IMG/VR virus record: IMGVR_UViG_3300022173_000041
Span: 1-64,000 of that record
Source: a virus
Lineage: Duplodnaviria; Caudoviricetes
DNA: 64,000 bases
Direction: 5' to 3' (one strand)
Below the pieces are notes generated by a model. It saw nothing but the letters and a program-made list of their open reading frames with translations, was not told where the DNA came from and did not search any database. The position numbers and the translations under genes are program-made. This document shows, piece after piece, positions 9,793 through 19,862 of the stretch (its first letter is position 1; the number at the start of each line of letters is the position of its first letter).

Positions 9793-10976
9793 TGGCCCTT
9801 CTATATAATCTCGTCAGGGTAAGAACGGCTACCACTGGTACCGGCACTGTAACGCTTGGCGCCGCAATCCCCGGATATCTAACGTTCGCTCTTGGTGGCG
9901 TCACTGACGGTCAGACCGTTGACTACGCCATCAACGATGGACCCAACAGTGAAATAGGCACAGGCGTTTATACGTCTGCTGGCACCACTCTTTCCCGATC
10001 AGTTACCAGCTCTACCAACGGCGGTTCGGCCATATCGCTGTCTGGATCGGCGCAGGTTTTCATTACACCTCGCGCTCAGACGCTTAACGACGCCTCAATC
10101 ATCACGACTGGCACAATGGCCACTGCCAGACTTGGTTCTGGCTCAGCCGTCTCCACGACTGCTCTGTTTGGTGATCAGACGTACAAGACGCTTGCTACTA
10201 TTGCTCAGTCGGGTAGCGCCAGCGATCTAAGCACAGGTACTGTCCCGACAGCCAGACTAGGCTCGGGCTCTCCCGGCTCAACGACTGCTTTATTCGGAGA
10301 CCAGACTTATAAGACTGTCACGCAAACTGGACGGCTCATCAGTCGCCAGACATTCTTCGCGACCAACTCAGCAATCACCCCGCCAGCAGGCGCAACGTCT
10401 GCCATTGTCCGAATGCAGGCGGCAGGCGGTGGCTCTGGTGGCACCTCGGCTGGTATCTGCGCTCCGGGCACTGGAGGCCCGGGTGGCGGCGGGGCGTACC
10501 TTGAAGCATACGTCGCGACACTATCTGGCAACTTTAACTACACGCTAGGCGCCGCTGGAGCTGCGGGTACGGCTGGTAATAATGCGGGTGGCGCTGGTAC
10601 AGCCAGTACGCTGGCAATGACTGGTATTACTACTCTCTCTGCTCCCGGTGGACTTGGTGGCGGTGGATGCTCCTCCACTGGTGGCCAAGCAAACATTGGC
10701 ACTCCCGGTGGTGTCACTGCTGCTCCGACAATAAACAATACAGCCTCAGATTGGGGTACGAAAGGAGGTGGCGGATTAGTCGGAGTTCTCGGGACTTCTG
10801 GTGTTTTTTCCGGCACCGGAGCTTCATTCCGCAGTGCAGGCATAACGCCGTTAGGAGCGTCAGCAACGGCGTCGTTATACGGCGGCGGCGGTCCATCAAA
10901 AGCGACTATCACAAACAGCACACAAGTCGGCATTATCGGAGCAGTAGGTATGCTCGAAATAGAATGGTACTCATGA
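9792..10976 (+). CDS. Tail fibre/spike-like protein with Gly-rich C-terminal domain
   Basis: Conserved N-terminal anchor ([18 protein letters not shown]...EIGTG), duplicated TARLGSG...[12 protein letters not shown] segment, Gly-rich C-terminus ending LEIEWYS. Confidence 0.75.
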   Translation: MALLYNLVRVRTATTGTGTVTLGAAIPGYLTFALGGVTDGQTVDYAINDGPNSEIGTGVYTSAGTTLSRSVTSSTNGGSAISLSGSAQVFITPRAQTLNDASIITTGTMATARLGSGSAVSTTALFGDQTYKTLATIAQSGSASDLSTGTVPTARLGSGSPGSTTALFGDQTYKTVTQTGRLISRQTFFATNSAITPPAGATSAIVRMQAAGGGSGGTSAGICAPGTGGPGGGGAYLEAYVATLSGNFNYTLGAAGAAGTAGNNAGGAGTASTLAMTGITTLSAPGGLGGGGCSSTGGQANIGTPGGVTAAPTINNTASDWGTKGGGGLVGVLGTSGVFSGTGASFRSAGITPLGASATASLYGGGGPSKATITNSTQVGIIGAVGMLEIEWYS

Positions 10977-11212
10977 TGGCAAACTTCCTGATGTTGACAA
11001 TAGATGATGAGCCGATGGGTGTGGCTCAATGGAACGGCGATACCGTTTGGCAATTCCCAGAGGGTTGCGCCAAGATCGTCCAATTCGATGGAGCGTTCTA
11101 TCCCGGTGGCATTTGGGACAATCGCACACTCACCATCCTAGACCCAGACCGTAAGCCTGATGAGCCAACAACGGCTCCAGCGGCAGGGGAGGTTATGCGT
11201 GTCATTGAGTAG
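10973..11212 (+). CDS. Small fibre-associated (assembly chaperone-like) protein
   Basis: ATGA overlap with the fibre stop codon; MANFLML...[13 protein letters not shown]. Confidence 0.55.
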   Translation: MMANFLMLTIDDEPMGVAQWNGDTVWQFPEGCAKIVQFDGAFYPGGIWDNRTLTILDPDRKPDEPTTAPAAGEVMRVIE

Positions 11213-11477
11213 CATTGTTATCCCAAACCCCCGTGGAGAACTCTTCACCTTTGAGAAGGCTGGAGATGTGCTTCCTATGCACACTCATGACGAGAACGCT
11301 CATATCACCATGATCATGCGCGGAAGGTTTCGTATTCATGGTCCCGGTATCGGTGACAAAGAGTACGGAGAGGGGGCTTTTATTGATTGGGCGCCGGGCG
11401 TAACTCATGAGTTTGTGGCGCTGACAGACAACGCAAGAATGGCTAACATATCTAAAATTCGGCAGGTGGAAGACTAA
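11205..11477 (+). CDS. Cupin-fold protein
   Basis: LPMHTHDENAHITMIMRGRFRI and WAPGVTHEFVAL cupin motifs; probable TTG start at 11205. Confidence 0.7.
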   Translation: MSSIVIPNPRGELFTFEKAGDVLPMHTHDENAHITMIMRGRFRIHGPGIGDKEYGEGAFIDWAPGVTHEFVALTDNARMANISKIRQVED

Positions 11478-11480
11478 ACA

Positions 11481-12473
11481 ATGCTCGGCTTCGACGCACT
11501 CGGCAGGGAAGCCATCGGCCAACTGCCGATTGAGATCGTCGTTGTCGATTTTATAGCGTCTCTATCTACACCAATAAGAAGGCGTAACTACACCGCTCAG
11601 CAGGAAGACTTCTTCGGCGCCACAGCGCAGACCGGAGAGAATATCTTCGAAGACAAGTGGCACTTTCCTTGGTCTGAGCCTGTAAGAATAAAGCCCCGCG
11701 CTCTGATGGCAGCTTCCGGATACTTCGGAAGCTTGGGCGCTGGCACCTTTGAGATAATTTACGAAGACAAGTGGCACTTCGCTTGGTCTGAGCCAATCGT
11801 AAAGACCAAGGCTGGTCTTGCTACCAGCCGACAGCAATTTATTGCTTGGCAGCCAAACACCTTCACCAAAATGGATTGGTTCAATCCATTGCATGATCCT
11901 GTCAGGGTCAAGCTGGGTCTTAGGGCTGGATTGCAGACGCCTCTATTCGAAGTCTACCAGCAGTCGGTCCTGCTGGAATGGTTTATGAGTTTCAGCGAGC
12001 CTGCCCGCAAGAAAAGGGGTGTGGCTTCTCAAGTACAGCCGTTCTTCAACTTCCAGCCTACGCCTATTATTAACGTCTCTTGGATAGAGAAATTCAGCGA
12101 GCCTGTACGCAAGAAGCCAAGGCTTCTGGATGCAAACCAGCAGTTCTTTCAGTTCTTCCCCAACCCGCTGGTTAACTTCAGTTGGTTCGACAACCTGTCT
12201 GACCCAGTTAGGGTAAAGCCGCGCCTTAGAGAGGGCAGTCAGGTCTTCCTGATCAGGGCTGAATTCATCCCGATCAACTATGACGTTCGACTGGACGCCA
12301 CGGAAACTAGGGATTTCCTGCTGGCCGTTCTGTACCAGTTTAATGTCCCCGCGACGGCCTATGTGGACATCATTTCCAAGGACCCAATGCACCTTGGAAA
12401 CGTCGGTGTCATTGAGAATACTGCACAATCAATTATAGTGCCCAGAGCAAGGGTAGCGATCATTACTGGGTGA
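11481..12473 (+). CDS. Repeat-containing virion-associated protein
   Basis: MLGFDALG N-terminus; six ~33-38 aa repeats with core W-x3-4-[SH][ED]P-[VIA]-[RV]-x-K. Confidence 0.7.
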   Translation: MLGFDALGREAIGQLPIEIVVVDFIASLSTPIRRRNYTAQQEDFFGATAQTGENIFEDKWHFPWSEPVRIKPRALMAASGYFGSLGAGTFEIIYEDKWHFAWSEPIVKTKAGLATSRQQFIAWQPNTFTKMDWFNPLHDPVRVKLGLRAGLQTPLFEVYQQSVLLEWFMSFSEPARKKRGVASQVQPFFNFQPTPIINVSWIEKFSEPVRKKPRLLDANQQFFQFFPNPLVNFSWFDNLSDPVRVKPRLREGSQVFLIRAEFIPINYDVRLDATETRDFLLAVLYQFNVPATAYVDIISKDPMHLGNVGVIENTAQSIIVPRARVAIITG

Positions 12474-12477
12474 CAGG

Positions 12478-12759
12478 ATGCCAACCAATATCGTCTCAGG
12501 AAACACAGCTCAATTCGTTGCTGAGTTTATTGACGCTAGTGGCGTTCTGACAGTCCCCTCTGGCGCCACCCTGAATATAGATTATCCGGTCGGGATCACG
12601 ACATCTTCGACCGCTATCTCCATGACCCTCCAGAATAGCTTCTTTACCGCTACGTGGTCTTCCAGCGTTTCTGACTTAGGGTTGGCGCCGTGGTATATAA
12701 CCTCAGTCGGCAGCACTGCTGCGGCGGCTAGTGGCGAATTGAGGATCATCACTCCATGA
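12478..12759 (+). CDS. Small structural protein (Ig/BppU-like)
   Basis: In-operon, beta-rich, 93 aa. Confidence 0.5.
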   Translation: MPTNIVSGNTAQFVAEFIDASGVLTVPSGATLNIDYPVGITTSSTAISMTLQNSFFTATWSSSVSDLGLAPWYITSVGSTAAAASGELRIITP

Positions 12760-13445
12760 CCCAAGTAACATCAGGCACGTACAATTTCGCACCCAGTTTG
12801 GGTGAGGTTGTTCTGAATGCCTTCGCCAGAATTGGCGTTCGCCGCACTGAGGTTCTGCAAACCCATCTCGCGGACGCGAGAATGGAAGCCAACCTTTTGC
12901 TTGCCAGAATGTCTGATCTGCAACCCAATTTGTGGACAGTTGATCTTCAGACGCTTCCGCTTCTTCAGGGGTCAGCCACCTATACTGTGCCTGCTGAGAC
13001 CGCCATGATCTTGGACGTGTTCATTAGGTATGGGAGCCCAGCCACTGATAGATCGATTTACCCCATAAGCCGTTCTGAGTACGCAACGTACCCAAACAAA
13101 GACCAGCAGGGCTTCCCCACGGTCTACTGGTTCGACAGGCTTATCTCCCCAACCATTACGCTGTGGGCCGTTCCTGACGGGAATGGACCCTATACGCTCA
13201 ACTATTACAGGGTCAGGCAGATACAGGATGCTGACTTCTCTAATGGTCAGAACGTAGAAATCCCGTACCTGTGGCTGGATGCCTTTACGGCTGGTTTGGC
13301 TGCCAGATTAGCCAAGATTTACGCTCCCCAGCTTGAGCAAATCCGCAAAATGGACGCTCAAGAGGCTTGGGATATTGCTGCAAAGCAGGATGTCGAGAAT
13401 GTAAACCTAGTCATCAGCCCCGGATTGTCGTCTTACTTCAGATGA
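12756..13445 (+). CDS. Head-tail adaptor-like protein
   Basis: TSGTYNF...NLWT...QGSATYT...SRSEYATYPNK...GFPTVYWFDR pattern of podovirus connector proteins. Confidence 0.65.
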   Translation: MTQVTSGTYNFAPSLGEVVLNAFARIGVRRTEVLQTHLADARMEANLLLARMSDLQPNLWTVDLQTLPLLQGSATYTVPAETAMILDVFIRYGSPATDRSIYPISRSEYATYPNKDQQGFPTVYWFDRLISPTITLWAVPDGNGPYTLNYYRVRQIQDADFSNGQNVEIPYLWLDAFTAGLAARLAKIYAPQLEQIRKMDAQEAWDIAAKQDVENVNLVISPGLSSYFR

Positions 13446-14158
13446 GCTATCGCCCGCACGGAAGAGCAAAAGTATCGTCCCGAAATCCTCGGGCATGGGG
13501 AGTTTGTGACTTTTGCGGAGCTATCTACAACAGGGATGAACTTCAGTGGCAGTACGAGTGGGCCGGTCCAAGGATCGTTAACCAGAACATGCTGGTATGC
13601 GAGAGCTGCTATGACACACCTCAAGAACAGCTCCGTTCAATCGTTCTTCCTACCGATCCTGTTCCGATAGATGATCCTAGGATAGAGCGATATGTCCTGA
13701 ATGATAACCCCGTTTCCCCGTTGGGCACCAACATTGGCAGCCTCTTACAGGGTGCTGGATTGCAAGCAGCGTTTGATAGCAATGCTAACAAACCATTCGG
13801 AATGTCAGCAGTTTTATTCACTTCCACGCTTCTTGATACCAATTACGTTGGCAAAAGCTGGGTAGGAATGGACCCAAACAACCCAACCCAAGGGGTCACA
13901 GCCAGACGGTTTGTGGCAACGGCGCCGAATAACGCCAGTTTCCTTGGTGCTGGCACTACTGTTTATGCTTTTCAGGGGTCTGATCTGCCGGTCGGTTGGA
14001 CCACGCTTTACACAGGAACAACTACTGGTGTCGTTGGTGAGATCATTGATGTCACACTTACGCCAACTGACGGATACCTATACCATCGGTTCGTTATCAC
14101 TGGGGATGGTATCACTTCAGCATCCGTCGCTCAGTTAATCATAGACAATACGGGTTAG
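13442..14158 (+). CDS. Conserved virion protein: N-terminal CxxC..CxxC module plus C-terminal beta-sandwich
   Basis: GVCDFCG...LVCESCYD; ATGA overlap with the upstream stop. Confidence 0.65.
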   Translation: MSYRPHGRAKVSSRNPRAWGVCDFCGAIYNRDELQWQYEWAGPRIVNQNMLVCESCYDTPQEQLRSIVLPTDPVPIDDPRIERYVLNDNPVSPLGTNIGSLLQGAGLQAAFDSNANKPFGMSAVLFTSTLLDTNYVGKSWVGMDPNNPTQGVTARRFVATAPNNASFLGAGTTVYAFQGSDLPVGWTTLYTGTTTGVVGEIIDVTLTPTDGYLYHRFVITGDGITSASVAQLIIDNTG

Positions 14159-14162
14159 GCTC

Positions 14163-14882
14163 ATGGCATCCACCCTAAACTACACCACCTACGTCAGTCA
14201 GCTCGCGAACTTGACCGTGATCTCGTCTAATGACGCCAGCTTTCAGACCATGCTGCCCGGCGCCATTGATTACGCTGAGCAGCGCATTTACCGCGAGGGA
14301 GACTTCCTTTCTACCTATGTTTACGACATAGGAAACTTCGGAACCAATGATGCCACTCTTACGTACCCGACAAATTTCGGGACCTATTTGGTTGTAGATC
14401 AGGTCTTCGTAAGCACCAGTATAAGCACGGCTGGATACGCCTCAAAGTACACTCCGCTGTCTGTGGTTTCCCAGCCATACATAGCAAACCTGTACCCGGG
14501 CGCTTTAACTGACGTTGGCTTTCCGAAATACTTCTGCCAAGCCACAAACACTTATGGTTTGGTCGGCCCCGTTCCTGATCAAGCCTATAGCTTTTACGTC
14601 TACGGAACTCAAAGGCCGCTGGCTTTGTCAGCAGCTAACTCCAGCACGTTCTTGACGCAGACGCTTCCTGATCTGCTCATAGCGGCGTCCATGGTCTTCA
14701 TATCTGGGTACATGCGTAACTTCGGCTCTCAGGCTGACGATGCTCCCATGGCCACTTCTTGGAGCAAGCAATATGACATTCTGTTTGCGTCTGCCGGAAT
14801 GGAAGAGCAGAGAAAGAAATTCGGCTCTCAGGGTTGGCAGTCTCAGGTACCTAATCCGATTGCTACGCCTACGAGGGTCTAA
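14163..14882 (+). CDS. Connector/adaptor-type tail protein
   Basis: NYTTYV...IDYAEQRIYRE...PVPDQAY...PDLLIAAS pattern. Confidence 0.65.
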   Translation: MASTLNYTTYVSQLANLTVISSNDASFQTMLPGAIDYAEQRIYREGDFLSTYVYDIGNFGTNDATLTYPTNFGTYLVVDQVFVSTSISTAGYASKYTPLSVVSQPYIANLYPGALTDVGFPKYFCQATNTYGLVGPVPDQAYSFYVYGTQRPLALSAANSSTFLTQTLPDLLIAASMVFISGYMRNFGSQADDAPMATSWSKQYDILFASAGMEEQRKKFGSQGWQSQVPNPIATPTRV

Positions 14883-14886
14883 ATAA

Positions 14887-16908
14887 ATGCCTATGACTTC
14901 TGTCACATTGCGTCCGGGTGTTAACACCATGATGACGCTATCGCAGAACGAGGCTGGCGTATCCGCGTCTAATCTTGTGCGCTATCAGCAAGGAATGATC
15001 CAGAAGAATGGCGGCTGGACGCTGTTCTATCCGGTTGCGATTGGCTCAACCATCAAGGAGATATTCGGCTGGGAAGGTCTTCTCAGCAACGAGTATCTTG
15101 GTATTGGGGCAACTCAGTCTCTCAGCGTGATCGTTTCTGGCGCCAATACAGACATCACCCCTCAAACCAGAACTACCAATCCTGCCATTAACTTCTCTAT
15201 CTCAAGCGGCAGCCAGATAGTCACGATTATCGACCCTAATTCCAGCGCTACAGTGTTCACCACGGTGTATCTCAACACCCCTGTGGCTATTGGAAATCTG
15301 CTTCTGAATGGAGCTTATCCGGTCAACTCAGTCATCGGATCGAGTTCATACACCATTCTTTCCAGCGTATCAGCCAGCACTACTATTGCCAGCAGCGGCG
15401 TAGTCCCTCTGTTTGCTGTGTCGTCTGGTAGCGCCAGCATCACTGTTACGCTTCCGAACAACAACTACGCAGCCACGACTGGTCTGTATCAGCAGTTTAT
15501 CGCTCCTACTAACGTTGGCGGCATAAACGTGCAGGGCGCCTATAGCATCCAGACAGTCATTGACTCCACCAGCTTCAAAATCAGCGGAAACGTGCAGTCA
15601 TCTGCGGCGGCTTCAGTGTATATGAACACTGGTCTTGCCCAGATCGTGTACTACTACACTCTTGGCCCTCCCGCGCTTCTTGGTTTCGGTGGTGGCGGCT
15701 TCGGTGATGGTGGTTTTGGTACTGGTACAGCGGCGCCATCAGGCTCTGGTACGCCTATCACAGCAACAGATTGGAGCCTCACTAATTGGGGTGAAGCGCT
15801 TCTGGCTTGTCCGTCAGGTGGACCTATTTATGTCTGGTCTGCAAACAGCGGCTACCAGAACGCTTCAGTGATACCTACGGCGCCGTTCTTTAATGGAGGC
15901 ATCTTTGTATCTCAGCCACAGCAGATTTTGGTGGCGTGGGGCTCTGTGCTTAGCACCGGTGTTCATGATCCGCTTGTTGTTAGGTGGTCTGATGCTCTGG
16001 ATTACACTGTCTGGACGGTAAGTTCGCAGACTTCTGCTGGCTCTTATCACATTCCAACCGGTTCACTTATCAAGGGTGGAATTCAGTCAGCTCAGCAGGG
16101 TATCATTTGGACTGATATTGACTGCTACGTCATGCAGTACATTGGCGATCCACTTATCTTTGGCTTCAATAGAGTTGGTTCTGGCTGCGGACTTGTAGGT
16201 CAGCACGCCTGCGGAATTCTGAATGGTAACGTTTACTGGATGGGTCCTAACAACTTCTTTGTTATGGCCGATAGTGGCGTTAAGCCAATTCCATGCTCAG
16301 TTTGGAACTTTGTCTTTCAGAACATTGATACCAGCAATCTAAGCAAAGTAAGATGTGCTGTTAACAGCATGTTCAATGAAGTGTCTTGGTTCTTCCCTGC
16401 CCTAAACGGCACTGGAGAGAACACGCTTTATGTAAAGATGAATACCATTGAGAACGAATGGGATTACGGCTCTCTTGGTCGATCTGCTTGGATCGATGTT
16501 ACCGCTCTGGGCAATCCTATTGGCACCGATCTTGGCGGCTTCATCTACCAGCACGAACTCGGTTATGACGCTGGTACGGTTGCCATGGATAGCTCATTCC
16601 AGACTGGTTACTGGTCTATCGCTGACGGCAACGAAATGGCCATTGTGGACTGGGTTCTTCCGGACATGCAGTTCACGACATACCCGGGCGGAACCAGCGC
16701 TGGGCTGTCCCTGACATTTTATTCTGCTGATTACCCCGGGGATACCCCTAGGTCATATGGTCCATTTAGCTTTACACAAAGCACGGAGTACATAAACACT
16801 CGCATCCGTGGTAGGCTCATGAGCATGAAGGTCGAGGGGATGGATTTAGCGTCCTTTTGGCGAATTGGGCGTATTCGCTACCGTTTTGCTCCAGATGGAA
16901 GACGATAA
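14887..16908 (+). CDS. Tail nozzle / packaged-DNA stabilisation protein
   Basis: 673 aa beta-propeller-like protein ending FWRIGRIRYRFAPDGRR. Confidence 0.75.
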   Translation: MPMTSVTLRPGVNTMMTLSQNEAGVSASNLVRYQQGMIQKNGGWTLFYPVAIGSTIKEIFGWEGLLSNEYLGIGATQSLSVIVSGANTDITPQTRTTNPAINFSISSGSQIVTIIDPNSSATVFTTVYLNTPVAIGNLLLNGAYPVNSVIGSSSYTILSSVSASTTIASSGVVPLFAVSSGSASITVTLPNNNYAATTGLYQQFIAPTNVGGINVQGAYSIQTVIDSTSFKISGNVQSSAAASVYMNTGLAQIVYYYTLGPPALLGFGGGGFGDGGFGTGTAAPSGSGTPITATDWSLTNWGEALLACPSGGPIYVWSANSGYQNASVIPTAPFFNGGIFVSQPQQILVAWGSVLSTGVHDPLVVRWSDALDYTVWTVSSQTSAGSYHIPTGSLIKGGIQSAQQGIIWTDIDCYVMQYIGDPLIFGFNRVGSGCGLVGQHACGILNGNVYWMGPNNFFVMADSGVKPIPCSVWNFVFQNIDTSNLSKVRCAVNSMFNEVSWFFPALNGTGENTLYVKMNTIENEWDYGSLGRSAWIDVTALGNPIGTDLGGFIYQHELGYDAGTVAMDSSFQTGYWSIADGNEMAIVDWVLPDMQFTTYPGGTSAGLSLTFYSADYPGDTPRSYGPFSFTQSTEYINTRIRGRLMSMKVEGMDLASFWRIGRIRYRFAPDGRR

Positions 16909-17126
16909 TGGCCGGTTTAACCGATATCCTGTCCGCTCTGCAAAACGGCGTGACGGCTATAAACTCATTAAACACCACTCTCGGGCTGGTATTCCCGGGG
17001 GCGACCACGGTCTCTACCACGGCGCCATCTTCGGCTGGCACAATAACCTTTAGCTCAAGTCAGGCTAAAGGCTACATGAGCGTCATCAGCTCATCTGGTG
17101 GCACCTTCAAGATACCGCTTTATTGA
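16908..17126 (+). CDS. Small structural protein
   Basis: TAATG overlap; MAGLTDILSALQNGV. Confidence 0.6.
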   Translation: MAGLTDILSALQNGVTAINSLNTTLGLVFPGATTVSTTAPSSAGTITFSSSQAKGYMSVISSSGGTFKIPLY

Positions 17127-17133
17127 GGAAGCC

Positions 17134-19272
17134 ATGATTGTAAACGGCAAAAAGGTCTCATCCCAGATCGGCGGGCTGTCCTCCAAGAAGCCTTGGAAGG
17201 GCTACAAGCGCGGTGGCAAGGTCAAGAAGGCTGACGGCGGTCCTGTGAAGTTCGACAAGTCAGAGCTTCCGCCTGAGGTCCTTATGAGCCTCATGCATCC
17301 CGACAAGAACTACAAGGACGCGGACAAGAAGGCGCTGGTTGACGTTAACGATCCGGTGCAGTTCCCGCGCGACCGGTCATGGAATTCTCTCCATGGCAGC
17401 CCTGATTATGGCGATACTTACGCAGATGGCGGTGAAATCCCTGACGTTGGCGAGCCTCTTATTGGTAGTGGCGGAACGTTCTCGGAAGGCTCTCCATGGG
17501 CCAATAAGGCTGCTGATATTGGCGGTAAACTGGGTGGTTCTGCCGCTATTAGCGCGGCCACGCTCCTTCCTCGCTATATCAAGGCCACGGTAGACGCTGC
17601 CAAGCAGCCTGCTGGCTCTGAAGAGGCTCATGAAGCCTATGGTGATGTCGGTGATGTCACTGGCGAAATGGGCATGAATATGATTGGTCCAAGGGGTGGG
17701 CCAAAAACTACCGCTGGTGTGTTTGTTGGTCCTTGGGGCGCTCATATGCTTCGTGACGCGGATCGTGGCGCAGTTAAGCCTCACCCTGTCATCGGTGAAG
17801 AGATTAAGCAGAGAGCTTCCAGCCTTCGTCCAGAATTCCAGAATATCTACAAGAGTGGCGCCCAAGACTTGCGTGATGCTCAAGCTCGCGGTGTTCTTGA
17901 GGCTAGGCAGGGATCACTAAATCCTCAGACAGATCGTGACGTGTTTAATAAGTCTGGCTGGAGTTATGGTCCTGCTGGCGATGTTACAAAGGAAATTCCT
18001 GATATTGGCGCCAAGCTTGTACCGTTAAAGGGAACCAATAAGTTCGTGCTTGATCACCCCGCAGGTGACTTTCACAAATTGTACGAAGTCCCACCGATTG
18101 AATTCGACCCTAAGATGAAAGTAGGTAACGGTGGATTTAATCCAGAAACAAACCAGATTACTATTGGCGGATACCCTTCGGAGAAAAACCTAAAAGCTTC
18201 TATCAGCGTAGTTCTTCACGAAATTCAGCATGCTATTCAGAAGAAAGAGGGCATGGCTCATGGCGCCAATCCGTATATGGCGCGAGAGCGACCTGAAGTT
18301 ACTCAAGAATTTTTCCCTGAAAAAGGCGCTCCTGAAGAACTTATCCATAGAGGAGGCGGTACTTCTCTAGCTGAACTTTTGGGAATTTCTGAAGGGCCAA
18401 AGAGAAATGCCCATATACCGTCTTGGCACGAAGAAATGGTATCCAAGCAGGCATCTCGCGGTGAAGACCCGTTTGATATGGACGCTGCCATTAGGCGAGC
18501 TGTATTTGAAACGTACAGAAAATCTGCTGGAGAAACGCAGTCAAGGAATGTTCAAGACAGACGCGCCAAGAGCTATCGATACGGTATGCACCCTGCCGAT
18601 ACTGAAGACGTAACTCGTGGCTTGCAGTGGGTTGACGACCGAAATAAGCCTCGTGCCCGAAAAGATATTCAGATCGAAGAGTTAAGGGCTGGCGCCATAG
18701 ATAAAGAGTCGCAGGAGATTTTGAATAATATATATGGCGCTCAAGGCAAGCACTACATCGCCAAGGCTGGTGGTGGTGAAATTAGCTCCCCGCCTTGGTT
18801 TGTGAAAAACGAGGGCCGGTCAACGTCTGGGATGCTTAAATCTTCCATCCCGGGGCGCACTGACAAGATACCGCTTCAGGTTGGCAGCGGAAGCTATGTG
18901 CTGCCTGCTGATATCCCCAGCGCCTTGGGTCAAGGCAATACCATGGCTGGAGGCTCTATTCTGGACAAGATGTTCAATAAGGGTCCCTACGGCATGAACC
19001 TGCCGCGATCCAAATCAGGCATGTCCACAAAGATGGGGCGCATGTCTTCTCTCACTAAGGTTCGCAAGTCTGGATACGCAGATGGTGGTGATGTCGAACC
19101 AACCGACATCATCGCTGCTGGTGGTGAGTATGTCTTGACGCCAGAGCAAGTCGCTCATGTCGGCGGCGGCAACATGGATGCTGGCCACAACATTCTTGAC
19201 GCCTTTGTTAAGCAAGTACGAAACGATCACATCAAGACACTTAGAAAATTACCCGGTCCAAAAAAGGATTAA
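17134..19272 (+). CDS. Putative internal virion polyvalent protein (LPD23-like plus zincin metallopeptidase)
   Basis: SGWSYGPAGDVTKEIPD segment; VLHEIQHAIQKKEG HExxH; YRKSAGETQSRNVQ; multiple ADGG motifs. Confidence 0.65.
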   Translation: MIVNGKKVSSQIGGLSSKKPWKGYKRGGKVKKADGGPVKFDKSELPPEVLMSLMHPDKNYKDADKKALVDVNDPVQFPRDRSWNSLHGSPDYGDTYADGGEIPDVGEPLIGSGGTFSEGSPWANKAADIGGKLGGSAAISAATLLPRYIKATVDAAKQPAGSEEAHEAYGDVGDVTGEMGMNMIGPRGGPKTTAGVFVGPWGAHMLRDADRGAVKPHPVIGEEIKQRASSLRPEFQNIYKSGAQDLRDAQARGVLEARQGSLNPQTDRDVFNKSGWSYGPAGDVTKEIPDIGAKLVPLKGTNKFVLDHPAGDFHKLYEVPPIEFDPKMKVGNGGFNPETNQITIGGYPSEKNLKASISVVLHEIQHAIQKKEGMAHGANPYMARERPEVTQEFFPEKGAPEELIHRGGGTSLAELLGISEGPKRNAHIPSWHEEMVSKQASRGEDPFDMDAAIRRAVFETYRKSAGETQSRNVQDRRAKSYRYGMHPADTEDVTRGLQWVDDRNKPRARKDIQIEELRAGAIDKESQEILNNIYGAQGKHYIAKAGGGEISSPPWFVKNEGRSTSGMLKSSIPGRTDKIPLQVGSGSYVLPADIPSALGQGNTMAGGSILDKMFNKGPYGMNLPRSKSGMSTKMGRMSSLTKVRKSGYADGGDVEPTDIIAAGGEYVLTPEQVAHVGGGNMDAGHNILDAFVKQVRNDHIKTLRKLPGPKKD

Positions 19273-19273
19273 A

Positions 19274-19822
19274 ATGACCGCTACTATATCAACAGTTCGA
19301 ACAGCTACTCCTGCTGACGAGGCTGAGATTTGGCGCCTATTCATGATGGCGCATAGGGAAAATGGAATATTCAGGCTTTCACCGCATAAAGTATCTTACT
19401 TCCTGCAAAGAGCCTTACACCCAGAAAGTATCCTGCCTACTGATCTTGGCCCCAGAGGCCAGATCGGAGTTATTGGCGTCCCCGGTAAAATCGAGGCCAT
19501 TGTATTCCTGATCCTTGGAGAATTCTGGTACTCGGACGAAATCCATCTGGAAGAGCTTCTGGTTTATGTAGACCCAGAATGTAGGAAGTCTGTCCACGCG
19601 AGAAGCTGCGTGGCGTGGATGAAGAAGAAATCTGACGATCTGGGTATTAAATTGGTGACTGGTATCATTTCCAAGCACCGTACCCAGAGCAAGATCAAGC
19701 TTTACGATTTGCTTCTTCCGCGAGCTGGAGCTTTCTATATTTATCCTCTGGATGATCCAGACATTAAACGCATGAACCACAGCATGGAAAAACAAGCGTG
19801 GCTTGATGCGAAGAGGGCATAA
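19274..19822 (+). CDS. GNAT-fold acetyltransferase-like protein
   Basis: VRTATPAD...ELLVYVDPECRKS; usual position before pilot proteins. Confidence 0.65.
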   Translation: MTATISTVRTATPADEAEIWRLFMMAHRENGIFRLSPHKVSYFLQRALHPESILPTDLGPRGQIGVIGVPGKIEAIVFLILGEFWYSDEIHLEELLVYVDPECRKSVHARSCVAWMKKKSDDLGIKLVTGIISKHRTQSKIKLYDLLLPRAGAFYIYPLDDPDIKRMNHSMEKQAWLDAKRA

Positions 19823-19862
19823 CTGTATAGAGATAGCGGGGAATTATTGAAGGACGCCTGAA

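Noticed and set aside
19274-19822. Assigning the GNAT as PseH of the pseudaminic acid pathway
   Set aside because: It sits in the usual virion-associated GNAT position before the pilot protein and shows no specific PseH features.
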